In this document: positions 1 through 12,278 of the stretch, piece after piece
Position numbering within the stretch: position 1 is the first letter of the stretch
Layout: each line of letters opens with the position of its first letter
Source: Paecilomyces variotii
Taxonomy: Eukaryota
Reading direction: 5' to 3' (one strand)
NCBI GenBank assembly: GCA_004022145.1
Contig: RCNU01000017.1
DNA: 64,000 bases
Position numbers and translations under genes: made by a program
Notes under the pieces: generated by a model
Database searches by the model: none
Seen by the model: the letters and a program-made list of their open reading frames with translations, nothing else
What the model was told of the DNA's origin: nothing

Positions 1-324
1 CAAGTGAATAGAGTAAACAATATCCACTGTCTACTGGTTCTTGCGGTCTCTATACATCACGTCTCAACATGATCTCAGCGCACCACCATGGGACGTGCAG
101 ATAATTATTATTTCGATTATAGACTGGAGACAGTACTATTGAGTCGGTAGTACGTTAGGGCTGGATGATGTTCATCATGTCATCCTATGAGTTTTTCAAG
201 TCGTTGTTAACCAAACATGGAGTTTACGATACAATCACAGTTATATGACTACAAACAAGATGATCTTGTAAGAACACGAAGTACAAGTAAACAGGCAAAC
301 GTTATTAGCAGTCGCTACTCCCAC

Positions 325-2881
325 TTAGAAAAGACCAAGCTCGGCAAGGATTCCTGTCGGTCTACCTTGAGCATCGCGAGGAGTCGTCAGGGCCTGTATT
401 GACAGCTTAATACTTCCCATACACGTAGCCAGGCCGGAATAAATATAGTCAGATAGCGATACATAGACATCGAGATACCCGTACAAGAGACCACACACCT
501 CGCCTTTTGTGTTGATCATGAAAGCTCCCGAATCTCCGGGATAGCAAAAAGGGTCCTGGAAGGTTTTGTTTCCCTTCAGCACCTCGTTTATGATAACGTA
601 TTCTTGGGTGACCCGAGCAGTATCAACAGCTTTCCCGAACTCGCCATAACGAATCTGATTCTTCCTCCAGTGACACGAGGCCTGGGTACCATTGCAAATT
701 CCCGTTTGCGTCCCCGAGGTCGGACCAACCATCACGTAATACTCTCCTTTCTCCATCACACCAATGCCGTTCAACGGTTCTTCTTGAAAACTGAAATGGA
801 CTTGCTTGGAGGTGTCGATATAGGGCCTCATTCTGACAGGGACTTGTGGCACCTGGTCACACCTGAAGAATTTCTGCGCTTCGGGCTCAGTGATTTCCAC
901 AAAGGCCCAATCGAGAAGGGTTGCTCCGCTGACGCCCATGCCCGAAGCAAATGCCACTTCTCCTATCTTAGTGGGCATGTTCTGCACTGCCTTTAGAGTC
1001 TGTTGACGATGGTCGTACGCTCTTTCGACATCCTTAATGTGTTTGAGCTCTGCAGTTTTCACTTCCTTGCCAATAAGCTTGTAGTTGTTCTTGCGCTGGA
1101 TTAGTCCGTCGAGTCTTGTCTTTGTTTCCTCCAACACTAACTCGGCCTCGTCCTTCGTTGCCCTGGCGTCCTTCGTGGCTGGGTAGATGATCTCGATCTT
1201 AGGGCAATTTGGACGATCGATTGAGATACCCTGCCTATCGGCCTCGATGACTGTGGAAGCAGGTGTAGGAGGCCTCACGACATCGTAACTAGTCAAGAGG
1301 CCTTGGTGAATGACCCTCCCTCTCGCTAAGGTGACAAAACCACCCATGGTTCCCCCTCCCTCCACGCCGCTCAGGCCGATAGACATTCCCCGTTGTAATC
1401 TGCCAATTCTGTCCATCTTATCAAGCTGTGACAACGGGGGTGCACATTCATTAGCGTTCTGCTCCGGCTGCAGAGATCGGGGGATGCTCGCAAGCAACGG
1501 GGACGCTTCTCCAGGCAGGAACTCGACCTGGAGAGAGATGTTCGGGTCATGTCCAACCTCACGCAGCATTGTAAATCGGAGATCCGACCAGTCGCAGTTT
1601 GTCCCAGGATCGACCATAACTACAATTGATGCCGTCGCTTTTTCCTTGAAAGAACCCACGTTGAATAGACAGATACTGCGCCACCTTTCACGCAGTTCGC
1701 GAGTCAGAAGGTCGGCCAGTCGTCCTCTAGCTTGCTCAAAGGGAGCAACAGCTTGATCATCCGGCTTGATAGCAAAAAGCGATGGTCTCAAACAATTTTG
1801 TGAATCAACGATTTCAATATCCATAGATATACCATTCCGCGCTAGCAATTCACGGATACGATCTCGAGCCTCTCCAAGGACACGGGGGATCACCGCATCA
1901 CGCCAATAGTTAATCCTAAGGGTAAGAACCGGTTGATCTCCGCCTGGATACCTAGCCGTGGTGCTTGACCACATGTGCAAACACCTCGTTGATAAACCCC
2001 ATTGCTTTCATTTCTTCGTCTTCGTCTCTGCGAACATGGACGACAAATCCAACCACGTGGGACAAGAATTGAAAACTCTGCAATTCATTGTTGTGGGTTT
2101 TAGACATTTTGAACTCTATATTAAACTAGAAAAGAACATGAATCAGCAAGTTTTTCACGATAGGCCCATGCCTACGGCACATATTAGCGAATAAACCGAA
2201 GTCTGGGAATGGTTCCTTCGCCATCGCTCCTGTGAGCCGCTTAAAGCATTGCTCATATTGGTCATCACTGAACCTTGCCAGGAAATTCAGTCTGCAGTAC
2301 CACATCTCAACGGACTGTTCCAGCAGTACCGGCTTTTTCAACCGAGGCCAGTATACTTCGAGCTCTTCGCTTTCCTCGTTGTAGATGAAGTCTTTTGCCA
2401 TGACACCGTAGCGGCATAGCCATTTTGACTCCGGCACGCAATCATAGTCCTCCGGATCCGGGTAAAACAGTTTGGCAATGTCGCTCTTCAGGCGAGGTAT
2501 GGGAAACTTGATAATCTCCTCAACATCCTCCGGCGTGGGAAGAGACTTCTGTTCGCCGAAGACGGGTTTCGTAACCATATTGACGTCGATTTCGTGTGGT
2601 CCGTGAAAACCATGGTCGCTAAGAATGGCTTCGATATATATATGGTATTCTGATATTCTTCTTTTTATAGCATCATTTGCTGGTTCGATCAACAACGGGT
2701 AGGGTAGCGGGTGTGTAACAGTCGTGGATCGATAGGGATCGGTTCTATAAAGATACTGCTCCAGCGACATCCACCCCTTGGTCTCATTAGATTCACGAAG
2801 ATGGCGCCGCCGTTTGCGGGGTGAATCAGGTGGTGTTGGCAGAGAGCTCGGGGGTGGGAACGAGGGCGTGCGTTCAGCCAT
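325..2881 (-). pseudogene. Trypsin-like (Ssy5/S64-like) serine-protease-domain gene, apparently interrupted by an insertion at ~1954-2563
   Basis: ORF 325-1980 has GGTMGGFV, LLTSYDVV (His position), LDWAFV (Asp) and PGDSGA (Ser) motifs but no ATG at its 5' end (the ORF-track start is a non-ATG codon). ORF 2126-2881 supplies an ATG N-terminus. Joining ...VNMVTKP (2564) to (R/G)YPGGDQPVLTL (1953) restores one frame. Confidence 0.6.
1954..2563 (-). other. ~610-bp inserted coding-like segment of unknown origin
   Basis: Reads in frame with the upstream N-terminus (VFGEQK...HVLF*FNIEFK...VVKHHG*) with one internal TAG (2126-2128) and a final TAG at 1952-1954 at the junction. No TIR or TSD seen. 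Confidence 0.5.
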
Positions 2882-3879
2882 TATATATTCTGTCAGACTT
2901 AGTGTAGTCTAGAGAGTTTAATATATTCTTAGGGATTGTATATATAATACAGGAATAGTACTTATAAATGAAAAACATACATAAGGAATGAGAAAGTACA
3001 TTAAGAAGATAAGAAGGAAGAACGGATAAGGGGGTTCAAGTGGTATTAAGTATTCCAGAAAAGATGCTGGTGAATGATTTAGGCAGATGATCTTGGGATC
3101 CAGGCTATCAGGAATAGTTCACTATCGATATTTTGGTATTCACTGACTCCAGGACGTGGCTTTGTGAGTTGAAGTAAACATGGATCCTTGGAACGTTCCC
3201 GGCTCACATTCGTCCGCAAAAGGGTAGGTTTTAAAGCAGCCTACGTTCTCTTTATTGCCTAGTAGTCAGGTGCTCATGTACCAGTAGTCGTTGCTTACAG
3301 AAGGACAACGAGACCGATAACTAACAATTCTGCCACAAGAGAAACAGACCAGATACAAGAGCATCCCGAGAAGACCATCGCCGATTATTGCATTAGATTC
3401 GACTATAGCATAAACGGCCATGACAGATGCATAGACCATAGGTTTGTTCTGCATGAGAACCTCGATACAGAGGAATCATCGCGCAGAGCTTCGCAAAGCG
3501 ACGATACTAAACATATATAGTACATGATAGATATCAAAGCCAGAAGAAAAAGGAAAATAAAATACTATTGAGCTGCTGAGGACCTGTCAATATGAAGACA
3601 ATATGGTATAGAACAGCTTTTAATAATCGTGGATGATCGGGAGACGTCACGGCCATCCTTCGCGGACAAAGAACGGTATCAGCGACTTAGGACTCAGCGA
3701 GGATGTGCTTCCCAATACAATAAAGGGGGTCACATAATATCCCGCCCAATGGGCTTTTTGGTACAACATCCTGAACGCCAAAGCCATGAGAGTAGATAAT
3801 ACAGCGCGATTAAGGTGTTGATAACAGACCACCGGTGGCCATGATACAGAAGACCAGCATCGCAGACCGGTCAGGGCAC

Positions 3880-5073
3880 TCAAGCAGCCCAGTCGGAGTC
3901 GAGAGGGTGGTTCTTTTTACCAGTACGGAAGCTCTCCGGAAGGTAGGTCTTCTCGACCTTTGGGAGCTTGGGCTCAACAAAGCTGCTGGGCGCAGGGGTT
4001 TCAGGCACACTGGCATCACTGACACCTTCATCGGCCTTGTCTGCCTTCTTCTTTCCCTTCTTTCCAGATGAAACGGTCGTCCAGTCATCGCTGCCGCTAA
4101 CGCCAAGGATGCGCATCTGCTCCTCTTCTGAAGGCAATTCCTGGGCCCATTTCCCCTGCTTCGAGTCGTTGGAGGCAGATGGGGCGGCAGTAGATGCCGT
4201 GGGTGTCTTAACCTCGAAGGTATCGAGGAGACCCGGATCCTGGATAGGAGCTGGCTTCGAAGCACCGTTAGTCGCAGTTGAAGCGGCGTTGGTATTCCAG
4301 GCGTTAACTGGAGCTGGCTTCTTGGACCTCGCAGCCTCGCGACGTTCAGCCTCCCGCGCGGTGTGCAGTTGCTTCTCCAGCAGCTTGCGCCTCTCCTGTT
4401 CCGCTTCCTGAGTTTGGCGCTTTCTTTCTTCATTCTTCAGCCTCTGCTGGCGTTGTTTCTTCGTCTCCACAGGCTTGAATGCCTGTTGCTTCTGTTTCTT
4501 AGGTGCGCTCTCAAGAGAGCCTGTAAGTCTCAGGACAGAGGCGCTAGGCGCAGGTGGTTCCAGCATGTCAGATACCCCTCCCGCAGCCGGGACTTTGGGC
4601 GACCCAGCCGGAGAGAGATCATCATCGGCGTCAGCACCGGTGGTGGATGAAGCACGAGTAGAGCCTCGAGATCCCGAGACCTCGCTGCTTCCACTCTCGA
4701 GGTGGTTGACAACGGGCTCCTTCGCCGGTTTCTCCTTGCCAGAAGCCTTGCCTTTGGAGGCTGGGGTAACACCCTCCCTCGCGGCAGCAAGCTGTCTCGC
4801 GAATTCCTTGTTGTCATCTTCCTCCACCTTCTCAGCAACAGGCGCCGTCGCCTTTACCGACGGCTTTTCCTTTGGCTTGGCGGCCGGGGCGGGAGGGGCA
4901 GACGATGTCTTCTTTGCTTTGCGCTTCGGCTTCTTGGTCTCCTGTACGCTCTCGACCTTCTCAGTCAGGGTTTTCGCGGCTGTTTTGGCCTTTGGATGGG
5001 GGACATTGGTATAGTACCAGCCCAAACTGCCGGCAACGACCAGCACAAGGGCCCAGCTGATGTAGGGATTCAT
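3880..5073 (-). CDS. Fungal hypothetical protein: N-terminal membrane anchor, Lys/Ala-rich and coiled-coil body
   Basis: Single coding exon from ATG 5073 (MNPYISWALVLVVAGSLGWYY) to ...HPLDSDWAA*. A 5'UTR intron (GTATGT..CTAAC..CAG, ~5085-5146) explains the longer ORF-track start. Confidence 0.85.
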   Translation of the reverse strand: MNPYISWALVLVVAGSLGWYYTNVPHPKAKTAAKTLTEKVESVQETKKPKRKAKKTSSAPPAPAAKPKEKPSVKATAPVAEKVEEDDNKEFARQLAAAREGVTPASKGKASGKEKPAKEPVVNHLESGSSEVSGSRGSTRASSTTGADADDDLSPAGSPKVPAAGGVSDMLEPPAPSASVLRLTGSLESAPKKQKQQAFKPVETKKQRQQRLKNEERKRQTQEAEQERRKLLEKQLHTAREAERREAARSKKPAPVNAWNTNAASTATNGASKPAPIQDPGLLDTFEVKTPTASTAAPSASNDSKQGKWAQELPSEEEQMRILGVSGSDDWTTVSSGKKGKKKADKADEGVSDASVPETPAPSSFVEPKLPKVEKTYLPESFRTGKKNHPLDSDWAA

Positions 5074-7882
5074 TTTCGCCCGACCTGAGAGACAAATGTT
5101 AGTGCCATCGACAGGTGAAGGCGCAAGGTAGACAATGCGAACATACTTCAATTGTATTAGATTGTTCAGAGATGGTGGGGATCCGGGTCACTGATGCTTT
5201 CCAAGCGGCCGGGGAAGACCGTTGCCGCAACGGAGATGGTGACACCGTGGAGGAAAATGCAACACGGAGGGAGCTCGAAGTATAAGCTCCGACTTCAAAA
5301 CCGTCAATGATCGGACGGATAGCTCACGTAGGCGCTCTCTCGCGAGTGTTCACACGGGCTTCAAATCATCAGGGGAGTAGCGGGAACAGCTGAAAATGCC
5401 AGGTTGGAGATTGTGTGAAAAAGGCTAGGGTGCGGCAGCCTGTTCCAGGAACCGTCACCTCCGTGAGGATGATTCCGTCTTTTCACAGATGGCCTTCCAA
5501 GCGAAGCGATCACCACAATGTAGTCGCAAGCTGGGGTCGATTACGTAGCGCAACGGTCAACGTGGAGGAAGCTGGAGCATCAAAGGTTTCGATTGCGCGT
5601 GGGAAGCCGTCCAGACGACCACAGGAGACGAGATGGACGAGATCAGAGGATGGCGACGATGGCAGCAAAGGCCATCCTACGGCAGGCTGATCGAGGAGGA
5701 TGGAACGGCAGCAAGCGCAAGAAGAGGCCAGCAAGGCAAGACGGGATGCGAAGGGGGAGGGGGTGAGTAGAGTAAGTAGAGTATAGTTAGTTAGTTAACT
5801 AATTAGTTACTTGCTCGGACTCGGGGGTTGAGGTGGTCTTTGCGGTCTTGGACCTTCTTTGGGGGAGAGGGCCAGGGTTGCTGGTTGAATAATCCTCGTC
5901 TTTCTCTCGAAATCGCCATTATTTTTCCCCCGTCCTCCCAGCATCCACCTCCATCCTCAATAGTCGCTTCGTCCAGCCTCAAAGCCTCGCCATGTGGAGA
6001 GCGTGCCGGATTTTGCCTCTCGACTGGCTTCTTCTCACTGGCACGCTAGCTGCGTTGCCCTCTCCACCACGCAGAAGCGCCGTCGAAAGAAATGAGCTGC
6101 GTCTTCCCCTGGCTCGCTGATGCATCGGAATAATGAATGATCGGAGCCATTATTATGATATTAATTTATTGTTGTTTCCTCCCTGTTCATGGCCTGGACT
6201 GACTACGTTCCGTGTCCACAGCCGTTCTGACCGGTCTCTCGAACAGCTAGTCTAGCCTCTTTATTACTGCTTTACCTGGCTGGTGTCTTTGATGCTGCTT
6301 CGCCACTAATCTCGTTTAAGCAGGACGCCATCCAAATGCTATCTTAGATCTGCCGCCGTTCCAGCTCGGAATCTGGTTTAAAACCCTCACGGACTCGCTC
6401 CCTCCGCACCTTTGGTGTAACGTGGTCAGATCGCTTCGCTTCCATACCGTCCAACCATCAACCTGCATGGTTCTCGAGTATATTGCAACTGCACCCCCCC
6501 TTAAACCAAGACAAGGAACAAACACTATCGAACCCCTTTCTCGCGCAGCATTGCAATTTCATCGATTGTTTTCTTAGGGTTTCAACTGCTGTCAGGTTGC
6601 ATAACTTAATTATCCATCAAATAGCAGCAGAAGAACATCATACCATACTCTTTGGATCCACCGGTGGTCTCAGCTCAGCAGATGTGATTAGGCCACCTTT
6701 AGTTTTATGACCCCCTCTCTTGGTATTCGCGCGAGGACCTCAGAAGATCTAGGCGCCGAGAATAACGTTGGCCAGCCAGACGAATCAACAACATGCTCAG
6801 CCCTCCGCGGGGACGGCGTGCTATGCAGACGAGATGGCAGGAGTGAAACATAAGTGGTCCCGGTTGCCACATACTGTGCAAGTATCCAATCTAGAGTCTC
6901 TACTGAAATTATCTGAAGTCTGGGCTCAGCTGTTGCAACGAATAGGTTCCGTTTTAGGTTAAAGGACGCAGTCTGCATGCAGGTACTCAGCTAGTGGTTA
7001 ATGATAGTTCATCTGTTGTTCCAACATCCCAGTGTCCTTTTACATATTTATTATCTCTGTCAGACTACAGCAATAAGGGATACTAATTAAGAACTATTCG
7101 ATTCAGGTCTTCGTGATATACAAATGCGTTGTCCTCGTAATCTGCGACTTGGGAAGAAGACCGACAGGAGTTCTTGGATGGTATACTACTTGGGGTCTTC
7201 ACATACATACGTGCTCATAGCTCCTGTTCTTCCTTGAAACCCACTGATTTATGTTGTCTCTCAAACCATTCTTTTCCTTAGAAGGAAATACTAGGCGTAT
7301 ATTTTTCGTCGCATGAAAATTGCTGTCCATATCCTTCCAGCGCATGAGATATAATACTCTGCTTTACAAGTTTACAGTTGCCTGGATACTTTGGTTATTG
7401 GAAACCATCACTGATGCGCCAAGACACTCCTAGTCAAATCTTATAGACCGGGTCGTGGGTGGGCTTTTTTTTATCGATGCAATATGGCCTGAGCATACGA
7501 GTGTACAGATATATAGCATCCGTTAGCGCAGTTCTTGTAAGAACTTCGGTCGAAAACTAACTTATGGCATTTGCTCGCACCTCCTCGGTAGCACCGATGG
7601 TTGTTATCCACCCAACGTAATCAGGCCCAGCATCGACTAGTTAGTTGGTAGTACGTAGTAGTAATTCTGCGATAACAAAAGAACTATCTGTGGGTCAGAT
7701 CTGCCTTTTCTTGGAATGACATACGGAGTACGAAAATAGCAAACCTAAGGTATCTTTCTACTGCGAACTACAGCCACCATTAGACTATTATATCTATCTT
7801 TTGCGTTGGCGATAGATACCCCACAAACACAACAAAACAATAAGAATAATATCGCAACAATTGAAAGTTCTTTTCCACCACA

Positions 7883-9683
7883 ATGCCTGAGAAAAAGAAA
7901 ATCATCATTGATACTGATCCAGTAAGCTTCCCGTTCCTATCTTTCTGTCTGTACCTGGATCGCCGGTGTAATGACATCAAAATCTGAAAACGCGTCCCGC
8001 AATGTTCCCTGCCCCGCCCCCGCGTGTGAGCAGTGAAGAAGCGCATGATGCACGACAAAACATGGAATCTAAGCATCCTTGAGGCGAATTGAGATATGGA
8101 GATCGTGATTTTAAGCTCATACGTCTGTTTTATTCCAGGGTATTGATGATATACTGGGCCTGTTGCTCGCGTTGTCGGCAAAGCCGGAGGAGGTTGAGAT
8201 TCTGTTGATCTCCTTGACGTTTGGTAATATCGAGGTTCGCAGGTATGCATATCCTATATCTTACTCTCCGGTTGCTCTTTGCTATGGTTATTGGTACGAA
8301 ATGGAATACTCATGGCTAATGACAATGTAGCTGCCTCCGAAATGTCGTCTCCATGTTCCATATCATCGAGCGCGAAAAGCGCTGGCGAAAGGAGCATGGA
8401 AAGCCGGAAGGGTTTGGTGCCCTAAGCGCCTCCAAGCCTGTAGTCGCCGTGGGCGCGGAGGAGCCTCTCGAGGACCAAAGGATGCTGGCTGATTATTTCC
8501 GTGAGTTCTTGACCAGTTCCTTCTCATCTCTTTCTTTCGTGTCCGTGTAACTAATCCCCAACTCGATCAGATGGCACGGATGGACTCGGAGGAATCCACG
8601 CGAGCGTAAGTCATACGCTTACCTTCCCTTCTTTTCACCTTATCTATCATGCACTGACACTCCTCTACAGCACCCCCATCTGACACCAAGCCAAACCTGG
8701 GAACACCTGTTCGATCCCTCCGCTGATCCTAGCGAGGTCGACCCGGTCCAGTGCGGCGGGGACGAGTCTGCTGCTCATCAATCTTTCATCCCTTCGAAGA
8801 AGCCCGCACACCAGGAGATCCTTCGTGTTCTGAAAGAGAATGACCCAGGCTCCGTCACGCTGGTTGCGGTAGGACCGTTGACGAACCTTGCTCTAGCGGC
8901 AGCGGAAGATGCAGAGACATTTTTGAGAGTGAAAGAGGTGGTGGTAATGGGTGGCACGGTGAACCGACCAGGCAATGTAAGTTTCTCCATGTCAACTGGA
9001 ATCCGTTTACCTAATGTTTTCCTTGAGTCGGATTTACTGACAGCATCTCGCAGGTCACACCAGTGGGAGAATTCAATGCTTATGCCGATGCTGTCGCTGC
9101 AGCACGCGTTTTCGCGCTTACATCTCCCATGCCTGCAAGCACACTGCCTCCAACTCGCTCTGAGAAACTCCCACCATACCCGTCTAAGCTCAGCAAGCAG
9201 CTCACCCTTCGCCTATTTCCCTTGGACATCACCCTGCGCCACAACATGACGCGGGGCCAATTCCGACAGATAGTGGAACCGCTCTTGGAGGCGGGCTCTC
9301 CGCTGGCCGAGTGGGTGTCTGCCTTCATGGCGCACACTTTCCGTACTTTGGAAACGCTTCATGTCGGCCATGAAGGAGATGCTGCGTCGCTGAGCTTACA
9401 CGACCCCGTGTGCGTTTGGTACGCCCTCACCGCGGACGACAAGCGATGGAGTCCATCGCCAACTTCCCCGGAGGATATTCGTGTCGAGACTCTCGGCCAA
9501 TGGACTCGGGGCATGTGTGTCGTCGACAGGAGGAACAGACATCGCATTGACAGCGAGGTCGCGAGCACGAACGATCACGGACACTGGCTGAGCGTCCGAG
9601 CTGGAAATCGGATCTGGAGGATCGACGGTTCACCTGTGGAGCATGACTTTGGAGATGTGCTGATGGAGAGGATCTTTGGATGA
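7883..9683 (+). CDS. Inosine/uridine-preferring nucleoside hydrolase (multi-exon)
   Basis: Splicing exon 7883-7921 to 8139 gives IIIDTDPGIDD. HGTDGLGG, VGPLTNLA, MGG, EFNAYAD and LHDP family motifs lie in later exons. Introns are canonical GT-AG. Confidence 0.93.
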
Positions 9684-9750
9684 ACGGGAGCCCTGGATCA
9701 TGCTAGGGGATGGAACGTGTCGGGAAAAGCAGTAGGAAACTGTACAGGAG

Positions 9751-9807
9751 GCAAATGCATATATAACATGCAAATGCATATATAACATGCAAATGCATAT
9801 ATAACAT
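9751..9807. repeat. 19-bp tandem repeat x3 (GCAAATGCATATATAACAT) downstream of the hydrolase stop
   Basis: Three exact copies start at 9751, 9770 and 9789. Confidence 0.9.
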
Positions 9808-10502
9808 GGAAAAGACATATAGACGATCATCAAACCTGAAACCCGCAATGGAATCAAATAGACAGATTAGCTACGAGGCGAATCCCGCCGAACGGTAATT
9901 CCTACAGTGGACCAACTCATCTCGACGATTATCCCCTGTACATAGAGACAAGAACCGAAGATCTTATCTCACTTCGAAGACACGTACTCTACTCTAAACC
10001 AAACAAGCCCCGCAAACCCACTCGAAAAAAACTCCGCGCATTGACAGGGAATGAAAGGCCTTCTTTCTGTCTTTCTCTGATTCGGCTGGTTCCTATACGC
10101 CAATTTGAAATATTCAATACTATTACTACCATATGTAGAAGAAAGTTCGGACATAATATCATGAGGAACTTTGTCTTCGCGCTGGCTTGTTGTAGATCCT
10201 GCGCGTCTGAATCTCGAGTATACCAACTCTATACCCACAAGAGTATCGGAGCGTTTCAGAAAAAAAGGTTATAAAATCTGGTTTTTTTTATCTTCAACTT
10301 TATCTTACATTCCCACACGCAATTCCCACTTTTGCCTTACAATAAAGGATAGGGATTAGTTGGCCTCTGGAACTACAGCCTACTAAATATAGCTGAAGTT
10401 GTTTTATGGGTTCTACATGTTGTTTAATGGACTACATGGAAACAGATACAAATGGCAGCGCAGCAATGAGATTTTATTTCTCTAGCTATTTATTTTTTTG
10501 GA

Positions 10503-10628
10503 CCCGCCTTTATACGGCCTGGGTAGTTTCATAAACCCGCCTTTGTACGGCTTGGGTAATTTCATGAGCCCGCCTTTATACGGCTTGGGCAATTAAAAAA
10601 AAAATTTCGCGCCTTTATACGGCTTGCG
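10503..10628 (+). repeat. Left array: 4 copies of CCCGCCTTTRTACGGCYTGGG
   Basis: Copies start at 10503, 10536, 10569 (33-bp period) and a degenerate one at 10608. Confidence 0.92.
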
Positions 10629-10859
10629 AACTTCAGCGCTTGGAAGAAAGGAGATTCATTCAGCTGAAGTAAAAGGTTAGCTTGTGGAATAAGAAAGCAG
10701 CTTTAGGGTCTCTTACCCATGTTGGCATCATCTACCAAGAAATGGCAATTAGTATTATGACATAAGATCATAGATTATCATCCAGGGACTTACTTCTGCC
10801 CGTCCCTGTTTTGGCATATTAATGGATGAACTTTTCCTAAAGATATGTGGGGAGTTCAC

Positions 10860-11679
10860 TTACTTTGGCTCTTCGTCTTGACCGCGAAGAGGCCTATATC
10901 CCATTAACACTTTTTCCTCTTGAAAAAATGATGCTGTATCTTACTGATTGGTGGCCGCAAGAGCCTGCATAAGAAACCGCACACTATATATAATATTAGT
11001 AACGTCTCTCTGATAAGTTATATCACTAGTAGACAGCAACTTACCGCTCTTCTTCGGACAAGGTGGATATGGCAGCCAGGAGATCAGCCACGGGATCCTG
11101 TGCTTGCTCAGGCTGGGGTGCGGGTGCAGCTTCAATCTGGCCCGCATTCGCTTCTGCGGAGAGAGGTTGCTATTTGAATTAGCATTTAATCGATACATGT
11201 CAACCAATATTAACTGCAGGTACTTACGTTCTGACCGCCAGGGAGTTGGCCTTGGTGGCCTCCTCTTGCGAGAAGACCACCACGACCTCGTCCCCTCTGG
11301 GCAGAACCGCGCCCACATCCACGTCCGCGTCCGCGGTTCATCTGTTCATAAAATTGGCGCCCCTTTCTTGTTGTTAGCCTTGTTAAATAACTTGGGGTGT
11401 CTCAATCAGTAGTCCTTACCATCGCCCGCAGGCCGTTGTAGAAGTCGCACTGCCACCATCCGTGGCCGCGTCTCTTGCAATAAGTGCAGAGGTTTCTGTT
11501 TCGTTTCTATACATATAGATTAGTTTATATCCAGTTATGTTGATGGGAATAAGGTATATACGTACAGCCTTCTTAGGGCCGCCGCGTCCACCGCGACCAC
11601 GATCACCACCACGACGACCATCATCGCCACCACCTGGGGCAGCAGCGACAGGATTCGCAATAGCGCGAACGGACTCCAT
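10860..11679 (-). CDS. 177-aa CCHC zinc-knuckle protein with RGG/RG repeats (putative RNA/ssDNA-binding), 6 exons
   Basis: Exons 11679-11566, 11506-11420, 11362-11228, 11169-11045, 10983-10945 and 10893-10860 join by GT-AG introns into an open 534-nt frame. Exon 2 encodes CTYCKRRGHGWWQC (CX2CX4HX4C), and the flanking exons are RGG/RG-rich. Confidence 0.8.
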
Positions 11680-12278
11680 CTGTGTAGAGTTAATATGTCT
11701 TTGTGAATGTGTAGTGGTGACTTATCTTTTTCTTGCTGGTTTGCAGAAAGTGTGTGATGTGAGGAGGTTGGTGAAGGGAAAGAGGAGAGAAGAGAAGAGA
11801 AAAAAGAGAAAGAGACTAGTGATTAAGACACTAAAAGAGTAGGGAAACAAAGGGAAGAAGAGGAAGTTTCCGGACAGCATTCACTTCTTCACTTGCTCAC
11901 TTGCTCACTTGCTTCATTCACCTCGATGGCTGTAACAGGGCTAGTATCTTCTATTTAGTCTCGACTATGGTCCTGGAAGACGAGTAGATTTACAATTTAT
12001 ACTGAGAGATAACTTTAGATGAGGATTTAGCAGACAGCAGACTACGCGCTGATAAACATTGAACTTTTAGGAGACGTCGAGCGCCTACGTCGACGCGTTA
12101 GAACACAAAGTCATGTGCATGTCTCCCACCTACCTACCTAGTCTCCTCAGATACTGAGTCACTTCAATAATTCAAGAGATCCATTTATGAGCACGCGCAA
12201 GATTACCCTCATCATCTATCTACTTACAATCCACATCAGTGCTCATTTTAAACCAGCACATTCTAAGCGATATCTAAA

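Noticed and set aside
1952-2563. Reading the insertion as a normal GT-AG intron
   Set aside because: Poor donor (GTCTTC), no branch consensus, and splicing shifts the frame to an early stop.
10435-10443. CATGGAAAC with inverted copy at 14529-14537 as possible outer termini
   Set aside because: Only 9 bp, at unequal distances from the arrays and without a TSD, so it may be chance.
10503-10628. CRISPR-like repeat-spacer appearance of the 21-bp arrays
   Set aside because: Spacers are only ~12 bp and similar or identical within an array, the host is a eukaryote and no cas genes are present.
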